Assembly: GCA_036339465.1 (NCBI GenBank)
Contig: JAYZAY010000062.1
Span: 101,707-165,706, forward strand
From: Myxococcota bacterium
GTDB lineage: Bacteria; Myxococcota; XYA12-FULL-58-9; JABJBS01
Length of the DNA: 64,000 bases
Reading direction: 5' to 3'
Position numbers and translations under genes: made by a program. Under the pieces are notes generated by a model. It worked only from the letters and a program-made list of their open reading frames with translations, was not told where the DNA came from and ran no database searches. The stretch's first letter is position 1. Every line of letters begins with the position of its first letter. Positions 38,113-48,250 of the stretch are shown in pieces.

Positions 38113-38300
38113 CGAACATTTTCTCGGGGATTGCCCCCCTTCGTTGCCTCTCGCATGTAGGCCTCGGTATATTCTCGTAGGCCCGGACCTGTAAATTGCC
38201 CGAAAAATGACTCCAGTTCCCATCGGTCAAACTGAACTTCCATCCAATCTGCGAGTATTATTTGGTTGTTTAATTTGTTTACAAGCATTGAGAACCCCAC
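38070..38300 (-). CDS. Small hypothetical protein
   Basis: 76 aa ORF filling an otherwise empty gap; overlaps the 3' end of the aminotransferase. Confidence 0.3.
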   Translation of the reverse strand: MGFSMLVNKLNNQIILADWMEVQFDRWELESFFGQFTGPGLREYTEAYMREATKGGNPRENVRQERICVLEPVSVR

Positions 38301-38550
38301 TTCAATGAATAAAAATCCCCACTTGATAGTAGCATTCAGGCGAGATTAGTCAAAAAACATGCTTTAATAATAGGTGCTTATATAAATGCTTGGGGTGGGC
38401 CTTGGGCTGAGTTCGACGCACTGCATCTCGTCATTCGGTTTTCCTTTGGGTATGAGTCCCGTGAATGAGCCTTTGAGGTTCGTGATGGCATGTGTGGTAG
38501 ACAAAAAAAATAGCGGGTATCCCTCGAAGAGGGCATGAAGGAGTATTCCA

Positions 38551-41500
38551 ATGTCTGTAGCTGTATCGGTGGAGAAGGGGGGGCTTGTGTCTGTGGAACG
38601 CCAAGAGCCACTTCGTTTTGTTACTGCCGCATCGCTTTTCGATGGGCACGATGCTGCCATCAATATCATGCGTCGACTTATTCAGGATGCTGGGGGCGAA
38701 CTGATTCATTTGGGTCACAATCGCGGTGTTTTGGAGATAGTACGTGCGGCGATTCACGAAGATGCTGACGGGATTGCCATCAGTTCCTATCAGGGTGGGC
38801 ATGTCGAGTTCTTCAAATATATGGTCGATCTATTAAAGGAACATGGGGCAGAGCATATTCGCGGTTTTGGTGGCGGTGGTGGGGTGATCATTGCTGAGGA
38901 AATTGCAGAGCTTGAAGCCTACGGAGTCGAGAAAATTTACAGCCCCGAGGACGGCCGCCTATTGGGGTTGGAGGGAATGATTCAAGATCTCATTCAACGG
39001 ACCAAGTCATATTCAAAACTCGGATTTGATATCACGGGATGCAATGAAGGCGTCGGTGATATTCAGCTTGGCCGTCTTTTAAGTCATTTGGAGTTATTGC
39101 CCCAGGAGCAGCTGGGTGAAAGACTGGCGGAGTTTCAATCTCAATTGCCGGTTACGGACAAACGGGTTCCCGTGATCGGGATAACCGGTCCGGGGGGAGC
39201 GGGAAAAAGCAGCCTTACGGATGAACTCTTAAATCGTTTTCTCTACACGTTACCCGAGGATGCTAGAATTGCGGTTTTGTCTATTGATCCTACGAGGCGA
39301 AAAACGGGAGGAGCTCTTCTCGGGGACCGTATTCGCATGAATTCCTTAATCTCTGAGCGGATATTCATGCGTTCTATGGCGACTCGCCGAAGCAATGCAT
39401 CTACGAATGAAATATTGGAGGCCGCAATTTCCTTGCTGGGAAGGTTGGGCTTCGAGCTGGTTATTGTGGAGACTGCGGGTATTGGACAGAGTGGTACCGA
39501 AATTGTTGATATGGTTGATCTCTCTCTTTATGTGATGACCCAGGAGTACGGGGCTGCATCGCAACTTGAGAAAATTGATATGCTGGATTTTGCCGATTTG
39601 ATTGCCTTGAATAAATTCGAAAAAAGAGGCTCTGATGACGCGCTCCGAGATATTCGGAAGCAATGGCGGCGAAATCATAAGAAGTTTGATGTAGCCGATG
39701 ACTCCGTTCCTATCTATCCGACGATTGCCAGCCAATTTAATGATCCTGGTGTTAATCGTCTTTTTTGTCGAGTGGCTCACATGCTTTCCGAGAAGCATTT
39801 AGATCTTATTTGGGAGGTTCCCGGTGAGATTGTGGATGATGCGCGCGAACTAAAAAAGCAAGCGGTGATTCCTTCTTCTAGGCAAAGATATTTGTCTGAG
39901 ATCGCAGACAAATGTCGATCCGAAAAAGCTAAGACCGTCAAGCAAAGTCTGTTGGCTCAACGCCTAGAGCAGCTCTTTGGTGCTTTGAAAACCATTGATG
40001 CTCAAGGACTTCCTGAGTTTCTACAGCCATATGCGGCAGAGAGGGTGTCGTTTGAAGACGAAACTCTGGCCAACTTGAGACGGGCCTACAATGAGACCTT
40101 GAGTGAAATCGAAATGGAATCCCTGCAGCTCCTGTCGGCGTGGCCTTCTAAGGCAGAGGGATTTACGCGTGATCAATTCTCTTATCTGGTTCGTGGTCAG
40201 GAAATTTTCGGTGATAACTATACGACTTCTTTAAGTCAGTTAAGAATCCCAAAGGTTGCGATACCAAAATATCTTGGCCAGGGAGATCTCTTGCGGTTTC
40301 TTCGTGAGGAAAACCTTCCTGGAACTTATCCATATACGGCCGGCTTGTACCCTTATAAACGAGCGGGTGAAGATCCCACTAGAATGTTTGCGGGTGAAGG
40401 CACACCCGAACGAACGAATATGCGATTCCATTATTTATGTATGGGGCAGCCAGCCAAACGTTTATCCACGGCGTTTGATTCGGTGACTCTTTATGGGGAA
40501 GATCCTTCACCGCGCCCAGATATTTATGGGAAAATTGGAAATTCAGGTGTTTCCATTTGCACCTTGGATGACATGAAGAAGCTCTATTCAGGCTTTGACC
40601 TGTGTGACCCTAAAACATCGGTGTCGATGACGATTAATGGTCCAGCACCAATGATTTTAGGCTTTTTTCTAAATGCGGCTATTGATCAGCAGGTGGAAAA
40701 ACATTTGCGAGAAAAAGGTGAACTAGAAAGTTCTCTGAAACGGATCCGCAAAGATTGTCCCGACGAACTATTGCCATCCTATGGACTTGATTTGCCGGAA
40801 GGCCATGATGGTTTTGGATTGGCCCTGTTAGGTACTTCGGGCGATCGTTTAGTCGATGCTCAGACCTATGAGAAAATTAAAAAAGCGACGTTGAAGAATA
40901 TGCGCGGGACGGTGCAGGCAGATATTCTAAAGGAAGACCAAGCCCAGAACACTTGTATTTTTTCTACAGAGTTTGCGCTAAAGATGATGGGGGATATTCA
41001 AGAATATTTTATCGAAAATGAGATACGGAATTATTATAGCGTTTCCATTAGTGGGTACCATATTGCTGAGGCTGGAGCGAATCCCATCACGCAACTGGCA
41101 TTTACTTTAGCCAATGGTTTTACTTTTATCGAGTATTACCTGTCACGGGGGATGCCTATAGACTCCTTTGCGCCGAACCTTAGCTTCTTTTTTAGCAATG
41201 GCATTGATCCGGAGTATGCGGTTATCGGTCGAGTGGCACGACGCATCTGGGCTCGGTCTTTGCGTGGCCTTTATGGAGGCAATGGTCGAAGTCAAATGCT
41301 GAAATATCATATTCAGACCTCAGGTCGTTCTCTTCATGCACAAGAAATACAATTCAACGATATTCGCACAACGCTACAGGCTCTTTACGCGATCTACGAT
41401 AATTGTAATAGCTTACATACCAATGCCTATGATGAAGCGATTACGACCCCCACTGAAGAGTCGGTTCGTCGAGCGATGGCGATTCAACTTATTATTAATC

Positions 41501-42006
41501 GCGAATTAGGGTTGGCTAAGAATGAGAACCCGTTACAAGGTGCCTTTGTTATAGAAGAGCTGACGGAGCTGGTGGAAGAGGCGGTCCTGACTGAATTCGA
41601 TAGAATTACCGAAAGAGGGGGAGTGCTTGGTGCTATGGAAACCATGTATCAGCGTGGTAAAATTCAAGACGAGAGCATGCATTATGAGGGGATGAAGCAT
41701 GATGGAAGTCTTCCCATTGTAGGTGTGAACATGTTTCTAGCCAAGGATAAAACCGAGCAAGAAAAAACGGAAATTGCGCTCATAAGGTCCACGCAAGTGG
41801 AGAAAAACACACAAATCGAGACTTTAAGTAGGTTTCAGCGTCTGAATTCAGGCCGTTGTGAGGCCAGCCTTAAGAGGCTCCAAGGGGCTGCGCGTCTAGG
41901 GAACAACGTATTTGAGGCAATCCTGGAAAGCGCGAAAGTGTGTTCTTTAGGGCAAATGAGTCAAGCGCTGTATCAAGTTGGTGGTCAATATCGACGAAAT
42001 ATGTAA
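38551..42006 (+). CDS. icmF: Fused isobutyryl-CoA mutase / MeaI GTPase chaperone (AdoCbl-dependent)
   Basis: [16 protein letters not shown]12-binding domain; GPGGAGKSS GTPase; [20 protein letters not shown] and [14 protein letters not shown] mutase motifs; ends GGQYRRNM. Confidence 0.96.
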   Translation: MSVAVSVEKGGLVSVERQEPLRFVTAASLFDGHDAAINIMRRLIQDAGGELIHLGHNRGVLEIVRAAIHEDADGIAISSYQGGHVEFFKYMVDLLKEHGAEHIRGFGGGGGVIIAEEIAELEAYGVEKIYSPEDGRLLGLEGMIQDLIQRTKSYSKLGFDITGCNEGVGDIQLGRLLSHLELLPQEQLGERLAEFQSQLPVTDKRVPVIGITGPGGAGKSSLTDELLNRFLYTLPEDARIAVLSIDPTRRKTGGALLGDRIRMNSLISERIFMRSMATRRSNASTNEILEAAISLLGRLGFELVIVETAGIGQSGTEIVDMVDLSLYVMTQEYGAASQLEKIDMLDFADLIALNKFEKRGSDDALRDIRKQWRRNHKKFDVADDSVPIYPTIASQFNDPGVNRLFCRVAHMLSEKHLDLIWEVPGEIVDDARELKKQAVIPSSRQRYLSEIADKCRSEKAKTVKQSLLAQRLEQLFGALKTIDAQGLPEFLQPYAAERVSFEDETLANLRRAYNETLSEIEMESLQLLSAWPSKAEGFTRDQFSYLVRGQEIFGDNYTTSLSQLRIPKVAIPKYLGQGDLLRFLREENLPGTYPYTAGLYPYKRAGEDPTRMFAGEGTPERTNMRFHYLCMGQPAKRLSTAFDSVTLYGEDPSPRPDIYGKIGNSGVSICTLDDMKKLYSGFDLCDPKTSVSMTINGPAPMILGFFLNAAIDQQVEKHLREKGELESSLKRIRKDCPDELLPSYGLDLPEGHDGFGLALLGTSGDRLVDAQTYEKIKKATLKNMRGTVQADILKEDQAQNTCIFSTEFALKMMGDIQEYFIENEIRNYYSVSISGYHIAEAGANPITQLAFTLANGFTFIEYYLSRGMPIDSFAPNLSFFFSNGIDPEYAVIGRVARRIWARSLRGLYGGNGRSQMLKYHIQTSGRSLHAQEIQFNDIRTTLQALYAIYDNCNSLHTNAYDEAITTPTEESVRRAMAIQLIINRELGLAKNENPLQGAFVIEELTELVEEAVLTEFDRITERGGVLGAMETMYQRGKIQDESMHYEGMKHDGSLPIVGVNMFLAKDKTEQEKTEIALIRSTQVEKNTQIETLSRFQRLNSGRCEASLKRLQGAARLGNNVFEAILESAKVCSLGQMSQALYQVGGQYRRNM

Positions 42007-42084
42007 CGGGTGGGCATTGTAGTCTTGACGATGGGTTTCCATTACGTCACTCAGGCGCCCATAATATTCATAAGGGAAAATACT

Positions 42085-42507
42085 GTGCAGGACGACAGAC
42101 GACGAAGAAGAAGTGGTCATGTGAAAGCCGCGACGAAATTTTATCTTGATCATGTACTCGAGCGCCACGGGGTAAGTGCTGCAGTGTTGGTTGATGGTAA
42201 CGGGCAAGTGGTGGCTGGAAGCGAAGCTGTGGTGTGGGGAAAATCGACGCTTATGGCCAATATTGACGAAGCTTATGGTCGTAAGTTAGCGGCCGCTGCT
42301 CCTCATGCCGCTCAAGATGCAGATAATGGTGAATCAGGAAGTTGGAAAGGAAGGGGTGATGAACCTATGTGGTCTGTTCCTCTTTCTCTAAATGGTACAC
42401 AATATTTCTTTGCGGCAGTCTCCTATGACGGGTTAGCCGCCCATGATGCGGCTGCAGATACCCAGGATGGTGTATCTCGGATTTTTTCTGAGTTGTCCCA
42501 ACCTTAA
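42085..42507 (+). CDS. Roadblock/LC7 (MglB-like) fold protein, paralogue 1; start revised to GTG 42085
   Basis: DRRRRRS...L....ERHGVSAAVLVDGNGQVVAGSE...GVSRIFS; clear paralogue of 42796..43227. Confidence 0.6.
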   Translation: MQDDRRRRRSGHVKAATKFYLDHVLERHGVSAAVLVDGNGQVVAGSEAVVWGKSTLMANIDEAYGRKLAAAAPHAAQDADNGESGSWKGRGDEPMWSVPLSLNGTQYFFAAVSYDGLAAHDAAADTQDGVSRIFSELSQP

Positions 42508-42670
42508 TTTCGAGCTTCGAGGTTTGGTCCCCCCCCTTTTTTTTCGTCCACTTTCGGTAGGGCGATGGCCCCTATTGATCGGTCTTTGTTGGCTTGAATG
42601 AAACCTGTTTTGTGGTTTTGAGTGGTGATATCAAGGTAATGATTGTCTGAGAACTGGAAAAATATTCAAA

Positions 42671-42704
42671 TAACAAAACGTTGCGTCTAACAAAACGTTG
42701 CGTC
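42671..42704. repeat. Perfect 17-bp tandem direct repeat (TAACAAAACGTTGCGTC x2)
   Basis: Seen directly at 42671-42687 and 42688-42704. Confidence 0.95.
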
Positions 42705-42795
42705 GCCGCTCCACCCTTGGTCGCGGAATTCTTGCCAAATCAAAGTTCTTGGGGACAAGATTCGTTGAATGATGCGTAATTCATTTGGAGGGATC

Positions 42796-43227
42796 ATGCA
42801 GGCTCGAGAACGAAGAGTAAAAAGAAGTAGTCATCCGATCACGGCAGCGAGACTTTTTCTTGCGGATTTGGCGGAAAAGCACGGTTTAAGTGCGGTGATT
42901 TTGGCTACCGAAAATGGGCAGCTTGTTACCGGCTCTGAGATGATGGCCTATCAGGGAAACCATCTCATGGCGCCTATTGAGGATGATTATGGTAAAAAGT
43001 TGGCCAGGATTGCACAAGGTGCGGCGGAGGATGCAGAGCGGGCTGAGCAAGAACAAGTACCTTGGATGGTGGAGGGACCGAGCCGACAGCGGGTCTGGTC
43101 TTCGAAGGTAGCGATCAACGGTGAGTTCTACTATCTTGCTTCCGTTGGTTTTGACGGGGGTGCTGCTCAAGCGGTGGCTACCGAAACCATTACGGGAGTA
43201 TCGCGGATATTTTCCACAGCAGCCTAG
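42796..43227 (+). CDS. Roadblock/LC7 (MglB-like) fold protein, paralogue 2; start ATG 42796
   Basis: GGAGGG RBS; ERRVKRS...L....EKHGLSAVILATENGQLVTGSE...GVSRIFSTAA. Confidence 0.62.
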   Translation: MQARERRVKRSSHPITAARLFLADLAEKHGLSAVILATENGQLVTGSEMMAYQGNHLMAPIEDDYGKKLARIAQGAAEDAERAEQEQVPWMVEGPSRQRVWSSKVAINGEFYYLASVGFDGGAAQAVATETITGVSRIFSTAA

Positions 43228-43291
43228 CCTTTTATTTTTGCTTCCGCGGTCTCTGGACTCTTCAGGGCTCCATTAATATTGATGTTGAACA

Positions 43292-44311
43292 ATGGATGCC
43301 CAGTCTCCCAGAGTTTCTGTCTTAATGCCCATCCGCAATGTTTCGGAGACACTTGCTGAGACTCTAACCAGTATAGCGTGTCAAACCTATCATGATTTTG
43401 AGATTGTTCTTGTGGATGATGGTTCCTGTGATGGAAGTGTGTTGCTGGCTCGGAAACTGTGGTTGGGTTCGCAGACTCTTCAAATCGAACGATTCGATGA
43501 ATCGCGGGGAATTGTGTCAGCACTGAACCGTGGTTTGAGTATTGCGAATGGGGAATTCATTGCTCGGATGGATGGAGACGACATCATGTTTCCAGAGCGT
43601 TTGGCTTCTCAGGTTGATTGGCTTGATAATCATGCAGATCACGCCATCGTTGGTTCACGGATTGAAACCTTTACCGACAGCACCATCACAGAAGGAACGC
43701 AGCGTTACGAGCATTGGTTGAATGGCCTGATTTTACATGAGGATTTGAGCCGAGAAATATTTGTGGAGAGTCCATTGGCGCATCCCTCCGTCATGTTTCG
43801 AAAAGACTCGATTCAAGCCCTAGGAGGATATGAAGATCACGGGTGGCCGGAGGATTATGATTTATGGCTACGGGCCTATTTAGCGGGTCTTCGTTTTGGG
43901 AAGGTGGACGAACTCCTATTGCGATGGAGGGATTCTCCCAATCGTGCTTCGAGGGTTCAGGGTATGTATTCTGCCCAGGCCTTTATGAAATGTCGCCTCC
44001 ATTATCTTTGTTTGGGGCCTTTAAATGGGATTGATGAATTGTTGATTTGGGGAGCTGGTACAGGAGGGACGAAGGTTGCTCAAGTACTTGAGAAGAAGGC
44101 AAAGAGAATTGTTGCTTTTGTGGATATTTCTCCTAGAAAAATAGGAGGCGTCAAAAGAGGTGTACCAATTATTCACATGGATGAACTTTCGAAATACCAA
44201 GGTTTCCCAATCTTGGCGGCGGTGGGCAATTGGGGAGCGAGAGAATTGATCCGAGATGCTCTCAATGAGATGAATTATATTGAGGCGAAGGACTATTGGT
44301 GTATTGCCTAG
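43292..44311 (+). CDS. Family 2 glycosyltransferase with a C-terminal Rossmann-like domain
   Basis: VSVLMP, VDDGS, ARMDGDD, EDYDLW; C-terminal IWGAG.GG. Confidence 0.9.
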   Translation: MDAQSPRVSVLMPIRNVSETLAETLTSIACQTYHDFEIVLVDDGSCDGSVLLARKLWLGSQTLQIERFDESRGIVSALNRGLSIANGEFIARMDGDDIMFPERLASQVDWLDNHADHAIVGSRIETFTDSTITEGTQRYEHWLNGLILHEDLSREIFVESPLAHPSVMFRKDSIQALGGYEDHGWPEDYDLWLRAYLAGLRFGKVDELLLRWRDSPNRASRVQGMYSAQAFMKCRLHYLCLGPLNGIDELLIWGAGTGGTKVAQVLEKKAKRIVAFVDISPRKIGGVKRGVPIIHMDELSKYQGFPILAAVGNWGARELIRDALNEMNYIEAKDYWCIA

Positions 44312-44329
44312 TTTTCGGAACTATCATGA

Positions 44330-44539
44330 TTATTGTCGCATATTAAGCTGCAGGCCGTGCAGGAGTCCCTGTAGATAGGCTCGAATGTGCTCATTGTTGT
44401 TTGTATAGAGGGCCTCATTGCCGTTTAGGAGGATCTGCGTGACTCCGGGTTGATTGGGCTTGGGCCCGATCTGAACATCCAATTTGGTATTGGATGATGC
44501 AACAATTTTGTTGAGCATTGCCTGCATCGTTTCTGACAT
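44330..44539 (-). CDS. Small hypothetical protein (69 aa)
   Basis: ATG preceded by a G10 tract in the RBS position; plausible composition. Confidence 0.5.
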   Translation of the reverse strand: MSETMQAMLNKIVASSNTKLDVQIGPKPNQPGVTQILLNGNEALYTNNNEHIRAYLQGLLHGLQLNMRQ

Positions 44540-44973
44540 GGATTCCCCCCCCCCACTTCCCTAACTTAATACGGCCTTGTAGCGAAAATGGGGACTCATT
44601 TCTAGAGACCGATGATGAAAGGTTGCCGAATATTGGATTGCTTGTCCACGTCCTCTGAGCTTTCTGCGACCAAGCATGAAAAGGGAGCGGCCCAATCTTG
44701 TCAAAAGAGTTGATTTTGATGTGGACATTCGGGTTCAGACCTTTATTGCGCACTACCTTTGAAGTTTGAATGGCCAACGGAACCGACCATTAAGCCAGCA
44801 TGGTTATCTCCGAAACTTCGAGGGTCTTGGTTTTACCGACGGCGTTAGTAGGGGTATGTTTTTAGGTGAGAGGTTGGCTTGGAAAGACCCCGGCTTGAGA
44901 AATTTTTGGAGCATAGTGAACCGATTGTTTTTGATTGTATTGTGGCCGTTATTTTATAATAGGAGGTGACGTT

Positions 44974-45702
44974 ATGGCGAATGATGGGGGAAGAATACCC
45001 TTTAATCTGGCGTTGAGCTCTGGGGTTCTTTTGAAGAGATACAAGCGGTTTCTTGCTGATATTCGATTGGATTCGGGAGAGGAAATAACTGCTCACTGTG
45101 CCAATTCGGGGGCAATGACAAGTTGTGTGGAACCTGGAGCGAAGGTGTGGGTTAGTGATTCGAACAACCCAAAACGAAAACTGAGATATACCTGGGAATT
45201 GATTAGGATGACTGACTCTTGGGTTGGCGTAAATACAGCCAATCCAAACCGCCTGGTAACCACTTGGACTGAAATGGGTGCTTTCTCGGAATTCGAATCT
45301 TATTCTAAGGTTCGCCGAGAGGTAAAATATGGAGAAGGGAACCGATCTCGAATTGATATACTTTTGAGCGAAGGAAAAGGTGTTGCTGATTGTTATGTTG
45401 AAATAAAAAATGCAACTTTACGCGTTGATGACGCGGTTGCTTTTCCTGATGCGGTTACCACGCGCGGGCAAAAGCATATTCGTGATTTGGTGAGTGTGGT
45501 TGAAGATGGACATCGAGGGGTTCTCTTTTTCTTTGTCGGGCGAACCGACTGTTCTTATTTTCGCCCCGCAGATGAAGTGGATAAGGAATATGGTCGATTG
45601 TTGCGGGAGGCGGTGGATGTTGGAGTAGAGGTGATTGTGCAGGAAGTAGATTGTTTGCCGGAAGGGTTTAGTCTTGGCCGTAGACTCGAGCTCTCCTTGT
45701 GA
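44974..45702 (+). CDS. sfsA: DNA/RNA nuclease SfsA; start revised to ATG 44974
   Basis: AGGAGG RBS; KRYKRFLAD, HCANSGAM, SRID, VEIK, FPDAVTTRGQKH. Confidence 0.95.
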   Translation: MANDGGRIPFNLALSSGVLLKRYKRFLADIRLDSGEEITAHCANSGAMTSCVEPGAKVWVSDSNNPKRKLRYTWELIRMTDSWVGVNTANPNRLVTTWTEMGAFSEFESYSKVRREVKYGEGNRSRIDILLSEGKGVADCYVEIKNATLRVDDAVAFPDAVTTRGQKHIRDLVSVVEDGHRGVLFFFVGRTDCSYFRPADEVDKEYGRLLREAVDVGVEVIVQEVDCLPEGFSLGRRLELSL

Positions 45703-45769
45703 TTGTTTTGGTTGGTGAATCTTACGGAGGCTTAGCTGTACGTTGTCCTTTTCTACTTATTTTTGAGCA

Positions 45770-46570
45770 TTAAGTTTTGGTGGTGACGATTTTGGATTGA
45801 AAATCGATGATGGATTTTTGGTCGACATCGAAAAATATTCGGTAGAAAATTTTATTTTTCAAATCTTCTCCGAGCCACTTTCTCAGGTAGATTTCTTGGT
45901 CAGGTGTAAAGTCTACGTTGGCATCTTTATAGCTGGCATGGTGCTGATGAATGACAGTTGAATCAGGGGTATAGACAACGTCGAATCCTGCCATTTGTGC
46001 TCGAAGACAAAAATCGTTATCGGAATAAAAATGCTTCATGCGTTCGTCTAAAAGGCCGGTGTATTCCAGACATCGGCGAGAGAGCAACACGCAAGCAAAG
46101 GTGACCCAAACTTCCTGGCTTTGTTTTTCGTATTGGCCGGTGTCGATTCCGCCTTTGTGGACGCCTTGTAGAAGATCGACGGTTCCGGCATGGATGATTT
46201 CCTGAGGATTACCTTTGAGTAATTGCTTATTTCCAACGACTCCGATTGGTGGCGAACATGCGTTTACCAAGCCTGCGAGCCAATGGGCTTGCACTTGGAC
46301 ATCGTTGTTAAGCAAACAAATATGGTCGGCATCGGGGTAGTGCGTCAAGGCGAATCGAATTCCGGCGTTGATGCCTTTGGTGTAGTAGAGGTTTTCTTCC
46401 AACCTAATCAGATGGTCAGCATCTTTCTTTGAGAATCCGGGTTCAGAGCCGTTATCGATTAATAGGATTGCGTGGGGGTACTCGGTGTGGGTTTTAATCG
46501 ATTGGATACAGCGCCGGGTCATATCGTGACGATTGAAAGCAAGGACCAGAATCGGAACGACTTTTTTCAT
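45770..46570 (-). CDS. Family 2 glycosyltransferase
   Basis: IDNGS, LLNND, FACVLL, LDE...YSDNDFCLRA. Confidence 0.9.
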   Translation of the reverse strand: MKKVVPILVLAFNRHDMTRRCIQSIKTHTEYPHAILLIDNGSEPGFSKKDADHLIRLEENLYYTKGINAGIRFALTHYPDADHICLLNNDVQVQAHWLAGLVNACSPPIGVVGNKQLLKGNPQEIIHAGTVDLLQGVHKGGIDTGQYEKQSQEVWVTFACVLLSRRCLEYTGLLDERMKHFYSDNDFCLRAQMAGFDVVYTPDSTVIHQHHASYKDANVDFTPDQEIYLRKWLGEDLKNKIFYRIFFDVDQKSIIDFQSKIVTTKT

Positions 46571-47310
46571 CGGCGTTCTGAGCTTGGTAGGGAAATATTA
46601 ATCAACAGTGGTTTCTTGAAAGGTTCCAAAGGAGCTTGGAACGTCAATTGTTCTTCCAACGGATAATACCGTCCTGCGTCTAGGGCTTCCCCGTTGATTT
46701 GCCAATCCCCTTTATTTTGGAGAGCGAAATAGAGGCGGCCGATGGTGTCGAAGCGATAGCTGATGGATGCTGAGCTGATGCTTAGATTTCCCCAGGCTCG
46801 GTCGACGATTGCCAAGCTTTCACTTAATGGATGTTCGTCGAGTCGAATTTCGGCAGGCTCATTGATTTCCACGATGATTTTTTGTGGAAGCAGGTGGGTC
46901 GGTAGTTTTGGTCCCACGCTACTTGCTGATTTCTGTATAGATGGGGTGGCGGAGCCATCGTCTTTGGGCTTGGGCCGCAGACCGATTGGAAGCTTTAAGC
47001 TTTTTCCTTCCCGCAAATCAAAAATCAAAAAGAACGGTAGATAGTTGTCTGCTTCTATCAGTAATTGGTGTTGTCCCGGCGGGAGAAATCTAGCGGAGAA
47101 CGGGGTTTGGGTGGCCACGGTTTTACCATCGAGTTGGATGCTTAAATCGGTGTTTGGCGTAATATCTAAGTGAATAGAACTGCTACCACTCATTCCCTGG
47201 GGCACTTCTTCGGGATGAAAAAATGTTCGGATTTTTTCTAGTTGCTCGCAGCCGCACAGCGGCAAAAGTAGAGAGATGAGTAGTGTAATGAGAGGTTTTT
47301 TGGTGCTCAT
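46567..47310 (-). CDS. PEGA-domain lipoprotein; start revised to ATG 47310
   Basis: Lipobox LCGC; IQLDGK...TP....LPPGQHQLLIEADNY PEGA motif. Confidence 0.7.
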   Translation of the reverse strand: MSTKKPLITLLISLLLPLCGCEQLEKIRTFFHPEEVPQGMSGSSSIHLDITPNTDLSIQLDGKTVATQTPFSARFLPPGQHQLLIEADNYLPFFLIFDLREGKSLKLPIGLRPKPKDDGSATPSIQKSASSVGPKLPTHLLPQKIIVEINEPAEIRLDEHPLSESLAIVDRAWGNLSISSASISYRFDTIGRLYFALQNKGDWQINGEALDAGRYYPLEEQLTFQAPLEPFKKPLLINISLPSSERR

Positions 47311-47403
47311 TGAATCTCTTCGTCCCGTGGTTATGATAGCTTTAGCCCAGTCATGACGCGATCGCAATGGCGCTATTGAGCTTCGGTAGGGCGGTGAAAA
47401 CAT

Positions 47404-48126
47404 CTATAATGAGATCTCTTTTATTTCAAATATAGGAGGGGTCGAATGTTTGGGGCCAGCCAAACAAATACTCAGGATGAACGAAGGGGATAGTTCCATG
47501 GTTTTAAACCAAGCGAGTTTGTCATGGCCTAATCTAGGAAGCTCCACGGGCGAGGCGGGAAGGGTTTGGGCCACAAGGGTATCGTGTTTGGTGAGGTCGT
47601 CGACAATCCCTACACCCAGAGCTTTCACGAACGCTTCTTTGCGGGTCCATATTTTAAAGAACAGCTGCTTTTTTTGTTTGTCTGTGGTTGCCCAATGGAG
47701 TTGTTGAAGTTCGTTTGGATGGTAGAGTCGTTTGGCGATGTCGTCAATGTTTAGGGAGCGTGAGGTGTCTTCAACATCAATCCCGACGTTATTTCCATAT
47801 CCAACGACGCAGGCCACAAGCCCAGGCGTGTGAGATATATTGACGTCTAAATCCACGGGTATGGCACTTCCAGTTAGCACTGGTTTTCCTTGGGATTGGA
47901 CCAGCTGAATGTCCCAGACATCTTCGCCGAGGATTTCTTGGAGGGTTTGGTAGAGGATTAGACGACTGGCTATGCTGAGGCTACGATCCCGTTCGAAATG
48001 ATACTTAGAGGCATATTCCCAATCGCCGCTATGAAGTTCCCTCGGCGCTACACACTTAAGTTGGCTAAATAAATTTTCACCTACCCGAGCGAATTTGGCC
48101 TTGGTTTGTTGTGCATTGTCTATCAT
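47404..48126 (-). CDS. Sfp-type 4'-phosphopantetheinyl transferase
   Basis: GKP, NISHT, VGIDVE, WTRKEAFVKALGVG. Confidence 0.92.
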   Translation of the reverse strand: MIDNAQQTKAKFARVGENLFSQLKCVAPRELHSGDWEYASKYHFERDRSLSIASRLILYQTLQEILGEDVWDIQLVQSQGKPVLTGSAIPVDLDVNISHTPGLVACVVGYGNNVGIDVEDTSRSLNIDDIAKRLYHPNELQQLHWATTDKQKKQLFFKIWTRKEAFVKALGVGIVDDLTKHDTLVAQTLPASPVELPRLGHDKLAWFKTMELSPSFILSICLAGPKHSTPPIFEIKEISL

Positions 48127-48250
48127 TTATCAGCTCTGGTTTGGCCAAGAGGCACTCAGCTTTTGACGTTGGCTCGTTGCCCCGTTGACGATGGTAATCA
48201 AATATCGATAAACACCAGTCGACTTCAACTAAGGATGTAAAATGCGGCCT

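Noticed and set aside
38300..38550. Cobalamin riboswitch upstream of B12-dependent icmF
   Set aside because: An AGGTGC is present, but no GGGAA, GCCACTG or B12-box elements follow.
42508..42545. Intrinsic terminator (C8-T8 run) after roadblock-like paralogue 1
   Set aside because: The T tract is present, but no convincing GC stem lies immediately before it.
42717..42737. Sigma54 promoter before roadblock-like paralogue 2
   Set aside because: The GG to GC spacing is 13 nt rather than 10.
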